Shown: one piece after another, positions 13,681 to 27,000 of the stretch
Numbering within the stretch: the stretch's first letter is position 1
Layout of the letters: each line of letters begins with the position of its first letter
From: Eutreptiella sp. 'Long Island Sound 2002'
Lineage: Eukaryota; Protista; Euglenida
DNA: 64,000 bases
Direction of reading: 5' to 3'
NCBI GenBank assembly: GCA_964036045.1
Contig: OZ038379.1
Coordinates: forward strand, 21,266,001-21,330,000
Translations under genes and position numbers: made by a program
Notes under the pieces: model-generated
What the model was told of the DNA's origin: nothing
Seen by the model: only the letters and a program-made list of their open reading frames with translations
Databases searched by the model: none

Positions 13681-14168
13681 AACGAACCCCATTCTCCCAG
13701 AACCCCCCTGACCCCTGCACTTTCTCCTCTATCCCCCCTCCTGATTCCTGCACTTGTCCTGTTTACTGTGACCGTCGCCTACATAGCACTTTGAAGGGCC
13801 TTGACCGGTCCCGACGGCCCAAAGCGTCTGCGGTTCAGCAGGTGAATCGCCCAGGCAAAGAGGTCTGATGGATTTAAAATGGGGCAACTATATTATTGTC
13901 GTTCCCTGGATTGGCCGTTCGGCTCTGCGCTTGCGCTGCATGAGCCACCCACAGGGATTATTGCCATTCGAAGGTTTGCTCAAAGCGCATTTCGGCATAA
14001 TTGCAATTTCCCCGGTTCCCCCCCTTTTAGAGTCCTTTGTGTGGTGTGTGTTCGTGCGCGCGCCTGCGCGCGTGTGTATGCGAAGGCGAGTGTGTGATGC
14101 ACGCGTGCGTGCGTATGTGCGTGCGTGTGCGTGTGCGTGTGTTGCGCTTTGTGCTATGTTTCGCAAAT

Positions 14169-15232
<1,064 letters not shown>

Positions 15233-17757
15233 ATCTGCCTGAGAAAGAGAGATCGCGCGCTGTGCATTTCCAGCTGATTTGAGTAGTGATAAGGTCCGAG
15301 TGTGTTGTGCTTCATGGACTCATGTTCACAAATTGAAGCCCGCAATTTATACACAGAAAACGCGGAACACTCTTCCTGCGACAAGCGGCTCGACATTATG
15401 ACTGGGAATCGTCGAGGTTTCAAGGGCAAATGCCACTGCGGCAAGGAGGCAACCCGCAGTGCCGGTATTAGTATAGCAATGTTTTCAACTCAATTTGCCG
15501 GAATCGATCCCAGCGGTTCGTGTGGTTTCGCATGTCCCAGCACCACCAAACAAAGCATTGCATCGAGGCATGGCCCCATCGGTGCATTCTTGGGATGGAC
15601 GAGTGGACCATAGGCAATCGTGGATGCTGCATAACACCACATGACTGCATCCAGTACCCCTGATGGTGTGAGCTTTCAGCTGAGGCAAACTGGAGGGGGC
15701 CATCAAGATGGCTGCACACAAAGGGGCCTGCGCAGCCCACATCGTCGGAGCAACAACGCCTCCCTGTTGAAGGTAGTCCGGGACAAGGCGCGGGTGCGGG
15801 CCCCAGCGCAGCAGCGGCTGTCCTGCCTACCGTTTGTCCTGCATTCCTTCGGCAGACCTCACTTTGTCCAAACAACACGGGGGTTCCGTCCATTTTTTGA
15901 ATGGGGCAAGTGTGTTGCAGGGCTACGCGTGAGTACTGGTTTTTGTTCAAGCAACGCTGCACATGGCTTCCGTGGATTTTCGTGTCGTTGTCCGCAAAAG
16001 AATGGGACAGGTTCCTAACCTGCCCCCCTCTGTGCATGTGGGCGCAGAGCATGCGGGATGGGGTTTCATCTCCTCCTTCCCCTGCGGGTGATGTCTCTCC
16101 CCCCCCCCATGGGGGGACCGTCAATTTGACAAAAACGCAAAGGAAATACTAAGCGCCGAAGAAAAATTTTTCTTTAGGTTACATTGGAACTGCTGCAGTT
16201 TTAGTGCTACCATTATGTGTTGCAACCCCAACCCCCCCCCCCCCATGGGGGGGGACCGGCCTGACATTTCGGGGGGGGGGATTATAAGGGCGGGGGGCCA
16301 GCGACATGCGTTCATGCGTGCTGTCTTTGGGGATGCATCCATTGACAGTTAGCGACTGCGTTCAGCTAACAATGATTGGTGAGTGACAATTGGGATGTCC
16401 TTGGAGCATGTCAGGCTGGCATTTGCAGGAGTGTAGCCCATTTGATGGGCAAACAGCAGTGAAACGGGATGCATGCCATCCTGATGGCCGCAGTATCACC
16501 GACGGATATTCAAGTTTGCAACAGCCAGCAGTTGGGGTGCATGCGTGTGGCCCTAATTTCAGCACCCGAGGCCTTGATCGGTTCGGTGCAACACGACACA
16601 ACGCAGCGCCACGCAACTGAACGCAACGCAACACACCCTAAGGCAGTGGAGCATTGCAGTTTTCGGCAACTGGCCTTTCGCGTTGTACAGTTGCACCGGA
16701 CAACACCATTGTTTCGTCGGGAACATGCCGCTGACCTGTGCTGAATGGTGTTGAGTGGGCTCACCTTGAGCATCAAGACAGTGTTCCCTCTGTCAAAAGG
16801 CACTGTGGTTCGCAAAGTCGCATTCAAAAATTACAGGTCTCAGGGCCACTGATGGCTGCCCTGTGAGGCACAAGCGTGCATTTGTGGACAACCGTGCAAG
16901 CCGAGGCAGCGTGGGCACCGACACAGGCTCCCGCTTCCCCAACGCTGCAACCGTAGTCAGCACAGGACCTTTATTCCTTTGCTCCCTCACGACCCTGTCC
17001 CTATGAGGCCTAGTGCAGTGGCGTGACTCCACCCTTTCCCTCCTCCCTCCTTGCCCCCATCCTGACTGCCAACTGCTGACTACCTCAAGGGACCGTACCA
17101 ATTTGGTACTGTTTGAAGTTGTGCCACGGGCGTCCGAAGTTTTGTGTGCCCCGTCGCAGTTTTGCTGAGGCCTGACACATGTTTTGCCATGCTCTGCCTT
17201 TTCCACACTCAGAAGTATCTGCATCGGAGAGTGTTGGAAAACCGTGTGTGACGCCGCGACCCCGCCTTTGGAGTGGCGGGGGGCATTGCGAAACTCTGCG
17301 CCCTGGTCACCGTACAATGCGCTTACACATGCGCTTCTCTTGCGCAGCCTCCGGCAGCAGATTGTTGCGCTGTCTGCCACCCAAACTAATTGCCTTCCCA
17401 GTCCCCTTTCTCGCCAACTATCATCCCGACGATCCATGCTCACCTACCTGCTCAAGATGGCCTTGCCGTCCAGCCTGTCAGACACATCTTAGCACGAGCA
17501 TGCGTGTACCCAGTCCTCGAACTGATTCCTGGGGACAACCCGGTGACCCCGGTTCTCTCGACCCAGCGAGCAGGGGTCTCTCGAGACAGCGCACGGCCTG
17601 GATAGGCCGTGCCTCAGTCACCAGTTGAATCCAAGCGCAGGCACTACTGGCTAAGGCGCCGGAGGCCCAAGAACCTCACGGTTAGCTGCCGTGGTGGCTG
17701 TGAAACAGTGAGCACCGTGCTGCCCTGTTGGAAACAGGACGACAGCTCGACCCTCTG

Positions 17758-17816
<59 letters not shown>

Positions 17817-18298
17817 ACACATGGTTGCGGTATGGTAGGATCGCATAGGAGGTGAACCTCGCAGTTTGACCATGATTGGAATTGATACTTTGGCACATAC
17901 ATACATACACATTTTTTTTTGTCTTTTTCAAGCTGGCGCCTCAGGCGACTGCTGGGGGCCATGGACCTATGTGGGCCTCCCTCTTTAATATTGTTCTACC
18001 CCATACATACATACACACACACACACGCATGCACACACGCACCTACGCACTTCCCGCCAGCACCCCTCCCGCAGGGCATGCTGCTGATGACGAGCCAGAA
18101 TGGGCATGCTGCCTCTTTCAGGGACACGGGACAGCATCAACAGAGATCACTTGAAATCTCAAGTAAACAGAGGTTCTGACTTAGTAGAAGGGACAGGGCA
18201 CCCACACATCCAGCCCTGCTCATGTGGGGTTACTGTGGTGTCTCTCCCTCATCGCTGCACATCTCCAATGATAATAGTACACCTAAAAAGACACACAC

Positions 18299-18339
<41 letters not shown>

Positions 18340-18842
18340 CGTCAACCACCAACACCATCAGATCCAAAATGCTTGCAGCCCAAAGCCATGCGCTCCCTCC
18401 TCACCAGCTCCCCCTGCCTCAGGGCATGCTGACGGATGATGAGGAGCCATCCCACACAGCACGATTATTCTTTCCAGAGGGCCATGGGTGCGTCTCCACA
18501 GTTACATGATCTACTTCCCGACTGGGGTTCTAACGCAGCAGAAGGCTTGGATCTCAACCACGGATACAGTATTATTTCTCTTATGAATGTCTGAGTGAGG
18601 TTGCCAAGCTGGCGCCGCCAATGGGTCTCGCGCATCGATAGCCAGAGCGTCTTGGGCCGTAAAAGACATCTGCTCTCATTGAGCACGGAGCACACACAGA
18701 CACACGCACGCACACACGCGCACACGCACGGGGATCTGGGCTTTCTGGCAGCCCAGCTGCCACACCCAGTATGGCCTGCCATTCTGTATGCGCGCTGACC
18801 TCGCTGACCCATGCTGGTGCACCTCCTTAATGTGCCCTCCCG

Positions 18843-18883
<41 letters not shown>

Positions 18884-19155
18884 CCTACATGCACACATAC
18901 ACACGCATGCACGCACACACAAGGCAGGAGGCCTATTCAGTGGGCCTCCCCTTCGGCACGCTTGCACCCTGTGCAAGTGCCTAAGGGGGAGTCGGACTTC
19001 ACCGTTCTTAGTCCTCACGCTCTTTTCTCAGCAGGCATGGAAGAGCTTCGAAAGAAATCACCTGATTTCAATCTTTCTGCTTGAGGTTCTGATCCTATTG
19101 GAGTTGGAGAGCACAGACACATAGCGATCATCTTCAGCCAGAATCAAATGTGACT

Positions 19156-20484
19156 TTTCTGTATACAACATCCACGTGCCGTCCAGCTTTTCCTTCTACA
19201 ATCACTCATCGTGGTTCTCCGGACTCCCCTTCAAATGGTCATCAGGCAACATGAATTTTCTTACACATGCATTCCACAACGACTTGACCCCCCGAATTTG
19301 CCACCAATGCTCACAATCGCACCCCCTCGATGTAGCCTCCTTCTTGTCCCATTGCCCCAGCGCTGACCACATTGTGCAAAGCTTCATACATGCGTGGCCT
19401 CCGCCCTTCAACCAGATAGCAAGCATCTGGTGGGCCCAGTGCTCCCACCCAGGAGACAAACGAAATTTCGTCAAATTTCTGGTGCCCTCCACCCTGTACG
19501 AAGCCATGACTACGCCCACCACAGGCGAAACAAAACCCCGGCGCGTTTTAGTTTTGAAAAATGCACTCCCCCAGCGCCAACGACAGTTAAAAGACGCTCT
19601 ATCCAAAGCACTCACTTGGCTAGCCGAAGATCCCCCCCCCCCTTCCACGCCCCCCCCCCCAAGGTCCCAACACCTGGGGCCAACCATACAGCACCTACAG
19701 CACGTCTCACACCCCACCGGCGCACAGCGATTACCACTATCCCCTGCCTCCAGACCACCTGCCAGACTCAGTCCAACCCCCCCCCTCAAAAAAGCCGCGC
19801 ACCCACAAAAACAAAATGCCCATGCGCCCCAAACAACCACCCACGAAACGCAGCCGGGACACTGAGGACCCTCCGCCACGCAAAACACGTAGTGACACCT
19901 ACGCCCCTAAACAGGTGGCACCCCCCCAACCCCCCAGCGCTGACAGTTTCAACCGACGGATTACAGATTTCTTCCGAGCTCCAGCCCCCCCCCCCCGCCT
20001 CCGGCCGATCCGCCATCAGTGAGTTCAACAACAGAGTCTTTTTCACCCCCCCCCATCGCTTGCCCTACCCCCCCTCAACATTCGGTTTCCTCTCGACCGA
20101 ACACAGAGTGAACCCGTCCTCACTTCTCAGTACTTTTGATTTGATCCAACACTTGAGTAAGCCTCGGCTGATTTCGACCACGTCTCACGTCTCACCACGC
20201 CTCACACCACAACGCCTCCATCCCTCCCCCCGATCCTGATCTCATTCTGTCAATCCGCCAGCCCTATGTGCAACTAACCAGGCACCCACATGGGCGCGTG
20301 CCAAGGCAACCTAGTTCTCTGCAACCCTACCCATCCATGACAGGGTGAGTTCCGAGGTTCCTCCATGGCTACAACCCTCACATAGTGCTAGGGAGAGCCA
20401 AGCACATTTGTCTATACGCATCACTCTGATTGAGGGCTGTGTCCCTGTCCGGACATTAAAGTGGCTGTACAATGCAAAAAAAAA
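19156..20484 (+). mobile_element. 5'-truncated non-LTR retrotransposon (ORF2 C-terminus, 3'UTR, poly(A))
   Basis: 16-bp TSD AGAATCAAATGTGACT at 19140-19155 and 20485-20500, with an A-tail at 20476-20484. The ORF has a CHQC...H...C Zn-finger-like motif and continues through a poly-C frameshift (~19655) to the stop at 20022. Confidence 0.85.
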
Positions 20485-20571
20485 AGAATCAAATGTGACT
20501 GCCTCCCCATCACTGCACATTGGCCTCAGTTGAGAATATGACACTGCACACACACACACACACACATACAC

Positions 20572-21061
20572 GAGGATCCCCGGCTAACTCAACCGGGCTA
20601 AGCGTAGGTTTCGCAACCGAAAGGTCATGGGATCGATCCCCGGATCGGGCATGTCTGGAGGTGGGCGGTGGCAGCCGTGCGTCAAGGGCATCCTTTCTGG
20701 GGAAATCGCCAAATTGAGTAGGCCATGGAGGCCGCCTCGCTGCCGTGAGCACCACCAGCTGTGAAAGCCCCAATACACACACAACACACGGGGCAACATG
20801 GCGATGACGGGCTCGCTGAACTAATACCGTGGAGCTGGCCCGGCGGAAGCCATAGAGCTACCACCCCACTTCCAGGGTGGTCTTGGGGCAGCGAGCCAGG
20901 TTCTGGCCCAAGTGCTATCGCACTGGTCGAGGGGCAATACAGGGACGCACCCCTGGCCTGCACCGTGGGCCTGCTATAATGGGGAGCGACCCGACCCGAG
21001 GACGCCAGTGTGGCCATACAGGCTCAACCGGGAGACCTGGTAAAAATGGTGAACCCCCCCC
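20572..21061 (+). mobile_element. tRNA-derived SINE-like element inserted in a (CA)n tract
   Basis: Head 20574-20651 has an A-box-like TAACTCAACCGG, a B-box-like GGATCGATCCC, a partial acceptor stem (CCCCGGC/ATCGGGC) and CGC in the anticodon arm. A ~410-bp non-tRNA body follows. The element is flanked on both sides by CTGCACACACACAC... (20544 and 21062). Confidence 0.7.
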
Positions 21062-21101
<40 letters not shown>

Positions 21102-21182
21102 GCACAATGGAATCAAAGAACTGCCACTGGTGTGAACTAAAGGCGATGAAAAACACCCCCGTGGCGGAGCAATTGGCAATTG

Positions 21183-21220
<38 letters not shown>

Positions 21221-21597
21221 AGACACAAGGTGAGGGGCCAGATCTGGGAATCTGGGTATTCTGGGAGCCGAGCTGCCAGGCCCAGTATGGCCTGTGATCC
21301 TCTATGGGAGCTGAATCTGCTGACCCATGCTGTGCACGCCCCCCCCCCCCCTCACACACACATTGGACCCGGAGCCGGATTGGGGTTCGGGCATAGTCCG
21401 TAAAATTTACGAATAGAATGGATTTGCCAGAGATTTAGATGGGGAGGCAGAGCCGAGTTAGAACAGGTTGAGAGTTGAGGGTGAGAGTTACCGGAAAATG
21501 AGCATGCAGGCGGAATGATGCCGCTCAAAGCACAACAATGTGAACAGTATTGAGAGTGTTTAAATCAACCCACTGACGTGGGCCAATTGGCATTTTG

Positions 21598-21631
<34 letters not shown>

Positions 21632-24090
21632 AGGAGGCAGTAGGATTATTGCACCTCCCCATATCTCTCAATTGACAGTGGATTCCGACTATGACTGATG
21701 GCAATGAAGGTCGTGAAGGGAGGCGCGGCTGGAGCGCGTCCCACAGAGGCACCCCTCAAAAAAGCAACAGGCAGCAGTACCAGTACAGGCCGTTACAAGC
21801 GTGGGCTCTTGTCCTTGCAACACGAGGGGCGCGTTTGTTCCAGACCTTCATGAATCAGGCATCCGTGTTCTGCAGTGGAGGCAACAGTCTCTCAAGGGCG
21901 GTTCCTGCCATGGTTCAGCCCAAAGCCTCCGGGAGCGGCTCACTTTATATTGTATTGTAGTTTGCAATGTGCCCTGTATGCCACAGGGGCACGGCCCTTT
22001 GACGGCGAGGACTACGCTGTCTAGCCACTTCATCTCGCATCCCCTCCTCCACCCATTTTCTGCTGTGAACCAACCGCCAATTACTTCAACAAACAATTGT
22101 TCAGTTTGCAACCGGGGAGATGGTGTGGCATGCAAGCACACAGCCAGGGAAACAAAGCCGTATCCTGAAAATCAGGGCATCAAACCATTTTCGGGAGCAC
22201 TTTAGACGGCTCCAAAGCAATGACATTGTGTTGGCACACACACTTTTCCGTCGTATTTGCACAAGCCCAGAAAACCATCTGCACCAAGTTTCACGTGGTG
22301 CAGATCAAAGTGTAGCCGTGCAGTGCCGACTTCTCTCGAGAGCACACCTTCACATGACTGAGGATTTCCCATGCCATACGCAGTGAATGTGTAGCCCTGC
22401 CACGGCAGCACGGCCTTGGCAGAAAAAAAAAGGAAAGAAAAAAAAAGTGCGCATGCAGGCGTTGGATATCGGAGCTGGAGGGAAATAGCCCCCAATGAAA
22501 CAGCACATTTACTCTATGTGGCTGAGCTCCTGTACCGTCTGCACTCACCCCTGATCTAGGACGGTCTCGAGAGGTTCCTTGGACACTCGTTAGAACAACC
22601 CCCCTGTCCGTTGCACTCGTGAGGCAGCCGTAGGGTAGCGCCGTTTGCGGTATATCTGACAGCGGTTGGGGGGTACGCAACGGCGGTTGGAAGGTAATTG
22701 ACGGCGGCGTGTGGGGCAAGAGTAAAGAAAAAGTGGTTGGGATGTTGCATGCACTTTTTCAGCCGCCAAGCGGTACGCCATGTAGGCACACTCCTGCATG
22801 TGGGCCTTGTAGTGGTTGCACCGAGGTCCACTCAAGGTGTAGGTTGCGTTTCCCCTGTCGCCCCTCACGAGCCCCAGTCGACAGCGAAAAGGCGACGTAT
22901 GCTGCGCTTCGAGCAAGCTGTGGGTCTGGCTCAGCAGATGCCTGCCCACGGCACGCGAAACTGGGCATCAGCGACGCCATCCGCCACGCCATCAGTCCCA
23001 CTGCCAGCCACACCGGCATTCCAAGCATCAACGGCATCAGCGACCACACCAAACAGCCGCGCTATCTACGACGCCGTCACCCGTGCCCCACACTGCACCA
23101 CCAGCAGGCACGCTTTAGAGAGAAAGTGTTCAAGGAGGAGAGCCCTCACCACGGGTCAAGACTTCTTTCTAAAGCATCCGCAACATGCCCTTGTCTGGCT
23201 GTTGTGTTCTTGAGGGATAGTGCCACGTTTCCCCGCGGCAACGCATAGAAGTACGGATAATGATGCATCAGTCTCATCATCGACGGCATCCGTCCTCATC
23301 AGGAGCACCCATCATCATTGCATCTTTCGCTGTGCCGTCAGCCATCACACGGTGTGTCACAGGGGCAGTGCTATCTGGGAGCAGTTGCATCTGGTAGCAG
23401 ATGATTGCACTGGGCAGAAGCAATGCATTGTTTTGCAAAGTTTCGGAGCGTGGCAAGACTGCTTGACGTGAAGCCCATGCACGCCGTGTTAGTGCTCCTC
23501 AGGAGCCCTCATGGTTGAGTGCTCCTTAGGACGGGTGTCTTTTGGTGTCCAGAGGAACATCTAAATGTCATTGGGCATCCAAGTGCACACCAACTACCAT
23601 TGCCCCCACTGACCTTCCATTCTGGTCATATGCGTGGGCAGGGGAGTTTTATTTTTCCACCTTCCACAAAGGTTCCTCTGCATTGCGTAGTATGCCCGCA
23701 TGACACTGTGCAACATGCAGCATTTGTATGGTATGCCCAATTCCCTGGTTATTCCTGGTGTCATCATGATGTATGTCTCTGCTGATGTCATCACCCGGTT
23801 TTCCGCCAGCGGCCCAGCAAGCAGTGTCCACTACGGCTGTTAACAGGATTGCTTTCAGCTGTTCTGGTGAACAAAACCAAACTGCAGACCTGTGGCCTGG
23901 TGAAATGGGCAATGACACAGGGCCCGAGAATCCATGAAGGCAAACCCAGCAAAGCTGACGTGCACACACTTTGGCTCAAAGCAGATTTTTGTACGCCCAG
24001 ACAATACACACGAGTTTTACACAACCCAAACCAAATTATCACTGCCCCATTCTTTGCCCAAATACATTTTTTCGAAGTCGCACACTCGAA

Positions 24091-24120
24091 GGATGTCTTG
24101 GTCTGAGCCAAAAAAAAAAA
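24091..24120 (+). mobile_element. Minimal retro-insertion: 19 nt + A11 with a 17-bp TSD
   Basis: GAAGTCGCACACTCGAA (24074-24090), then GGATGTCTTGGTCTGAGCC(A)11, then GAAGTCGCACACTCGAA (24121-24137). Confidence 0.85.
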
Positions 24121-25062
24121 GAAGTCGCACACTCGAAAGAGGCGAGAGGCCTCACTGTTTCTCTCCTCTTCAACCTCTCACCCCGCTCAGTCCGCGGATG
24201 GGGGCGGAGAGCAGGATGTTGCAATGACATGATATACACATGTACCCCCTTGTGCTAGCATGGCTGTCCGTGAGCAAGGCGACCCTGGGTGACCGTCGCT
24301 TTGCTGACCTCGGTGTTTGTGGTCAAGAGTGCAAGAATGCAGCAACACATGTTGTGTGCTGGTTTGTAGTGTGAAAGAAATGGGCTGGGTCATGGTGTGG
24401 GATGCTTCTGCTCGTCACAACTTTCTGCATGAGCCTGCAAACCACTCTTGTTTGTTTTGGTGCGCCCTGGCCATTTCAAGCATGGCCAATGTTGCTGTAC
24501 CCGGCAACGCTGCCACATTCATCCAGTTCACCACCAGCACGCATGTGCTTGCCACTATTTCTGGTTTGATTACACGCAATGTTTTGAGGGCAATCTCCAC
24601 GTCACAACGGATATCGTCGATGATAGTTTTGTCCCAAAGGACGAGAATCTCAAACCCATTCCTAAGCCTAGAGCCCAAGCCTTTTCAAAGGCTTGCACCA
24701 AGCATGCCCATGCAGTAGCTGAGAACAAGATGCAGGGCTGGAAAGTGGGGTCCCAAGACGTGTCGAGCAGCAGTGCCAACACCACCCCGCAGTGGAGAGG
24801 ACGTGCCTCTTTGCGTCCCAGCCTTCGCTCGAGAGTTGAACAGTTGTGATACCTGTGAACCGGAACGGGAAAGAACGATGCACGGCTGGAAAGGGGTTCT
24901 ATCACTGAGCTCCCCATACTCTTTATGGCAAGTCAGTATTGCCAAAGCATTCTACATTTTGTTTGCACATAATTTCTGTGGTGCGCTCCAAATTTTTGGG
25001 TGCACATCTGGCCTGCAGGTCGTGCATAAGCATGGCCCCTTTCAAGCACGGGATCCCTGTTC

Positions 25063-25372
25063 GGGGCGGTCCTTAAGGAACTAGATTTTTTTTTGTTAAG
25101 GACCGCCCCAAGGGACCACCAACCGCCAACCGCCAACTCCCACCAACCGCCACCAACCGCCGCCAACCGCCAACCACTACCAGCCGCCACCAACCACCAA
25201 TCACCAACCACCAACCGCCGCCAACCACCACCAACCGCCAGTTGCCAACTGCCAACCGCCAATCGCCGCCAACCGCCAACTGCCAACCGCCACCATGGTT
25301 GAACACATGGAGTGCCCACAGGCTTTTTTGGGAAAACTGTGCAACGGAACACTTTTTTCTGTTAAGGACCGC
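25063..25372. repeat. 14-bp inverted repeat followed by an (AACCGCC)n-type array; MITE-like dispersed repeat
   Basis: GGGGCGGTCCTTAA (25063-25076) pairs with TTAAGGACCGCCCC (25096-25109). A degenerate AACCGCC/AACCACC array spans ~25115-25293, and GTTAAGGACCGC recurs at 25361. AAGCACGGGATCCCTGT occurs at both 25044 and 2045. Confidence 0.75.
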
Positions 25373-25729
25373 GCTGTCCCTGTTTGCCCTGGCATTCTTG
25401 CACAAGGGGGGGGTATCTCCCCAGATATGTACATGTGTACAAACAGACACCTGGACACGTGTGCATGCGTTCATAGCTGTGCCTGTGTATGTGTTTGTGC
25501 GCCGGAAACGCAGTCTTGCAAGTAACTCATTGTACAAGACTGGAAAAAAAGGGTCTGAACCTATGCATCATTTGTTGGTGCGCCGATGGAGGCTCTCCTA
25601 TCCCCCTCTGGCCAGGAGTCGTGGCGTTTGGGGCATACCCTAGCAATATATATACACATATACATCTCCACGGAAGTCTCTAGTGGTTGACTTCTGACAT
25701 GCTCCCCTACAGACCGACATGTGTGATCA

Positions 25730-27000
25730 TTGTCTGTGTACCCGTGTACCCGTGTGGCAACAAAGTATTTGAAATGGTTCACCCCTCTTCACCACTTGAG
25801 CTTGCTTTCTGCGGTGTAGGTTGTGGTTGTCTCTTTTCTTGAACCCATGCTCAGCAAATGTGACGTATGTAGGGCAAAGCAACAGGCAGTCTTCTCCAAG
25901 ACGGCGTGCTTTGCCGATCCGTAGTGCACCTTCTATGTCTTGCTTGGATTGCAATCTGCTTCACAATGCCGAGTTTTGTGATGACTCTTGAACCTTTGAA
26001 GAGTTTGCATGCAAGGATAGTAAATGCACTACAAGCTGCCTCCTGGCAGTGCCAAACCTGATTTGCCAACGTGATTCCAAGGGCAGACTTGGATTTTCTG
26101 CGCTTGTTTGCAGGTCTTGGCGGATCGCTACAGGGCTCTGAGGTCTTCCAGCTTTCTTGCGCTAACCCACTCCAGAGCCCCTGTCTACGGAAATGGGCCT
26201 AAGCTCGTAGTGTGCTTTCCTTCCTTCCACAGAGCCCCTGTCGATTGACTGAAGTCATCGCCTTGGCGATCATTCTAGGCATGACTTCCCAGCTGTATTC
26301 CTTCAGCTGAGCAATTTGGCTTGGCTTTGCCGATCCTCTTTGCTTGTTGCGCTCTCTTTTTGGTGTTGACCTGCCCTCAGCCTGAGCAGTGCAGGGGGCC
26401 ATGATGGCACGGCAGAGCATGCTATTGAACCAGTCCACTCAGGAGGCTCTGCTTGGGGGTAGGATTCCTGTCGAAAGGTAGTTGCTGTACATCTGCCAGG
26501 CAGTGTGATGCAGTGCCTGCAGTTGGTGTCGCCGGCTGCTTTCCCACGGTTGTCTGGCCCCAGAGAGTCGCCCACCGTAACCATGATTTCACTATGCAGT
26601 TTGAGGAACACTTTGCATCTGATGTGTGACGTGCATCGCCATGCTTGCTCTCCCATGTCACACTCCTCGAAGACGATGGATGCAATGAAGTCCATCAGCA
26701 CGGGGTGCTGCATGCATCCTGTGTTGTGCCATGCCATATGAACCGACTTGGCATCCCCCCTTGTGAGAGCAACGCCCTTGTCAAAGCAACAGTAAGTGTT
26801 GTTTGCAACTCTTGGAACCATGTCTTGCTTTGCCCTTTGTAAAGACATTCCATTGTCAGAGCAACAGTCGGTGATGTTTCCCTCAAATTTTGGGAAATTA
26901 GTGTTGCTCTCGCAAGGAGGGGGCGGGGTACGACTGTCCTTGATCGGGGAAAAAAAACCACTCGTTCCATCACCAAAAAATGTTGTACAACACAGCAAAA
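25730..27000 (-). mobile_element. Possible decayed non-LTR retroelement relic
   Basis: Broken minus-strand frames contain motifs reminiscent of LINE ORF2 (DWFNSML; EDCLLLCPTY like zf-RVT). In the other copies the frame runs into WCMHKGKVPHRLW...K, like RT domain 1. Weak and by eye only. Confidence 0.3.

Larger units (their letters stand above)
17758..21630 (+). repeat. Cluster of (CA)n tracts separating short repeated modules
   Basis: (CA)n tracts near 17758, 18295, 18843, 20545, 21065, 21185 and 21600. Related modules lie at 18731-18826 and 21247-21340. Confidence 0.8.

Noticed and set aside
20574-20651. Functional tRNA-Ala(CGC) gene
   Set aside because: The acceptor and T stems are mismatched and the anticodon loop is not 7 nt. 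It fits a SINE head better.
24415-24917. RT or other coding relic on the minus strand
   Set aside because: The short frames look protein-like, but I can support no ordered motif set.
26303-26998. 231-aa ORF (and copies) as a hAT transposase
   Set aside because: Only a SDNG tetrapeptide is suggestive. No other DDE or dimerisation motifs are present.
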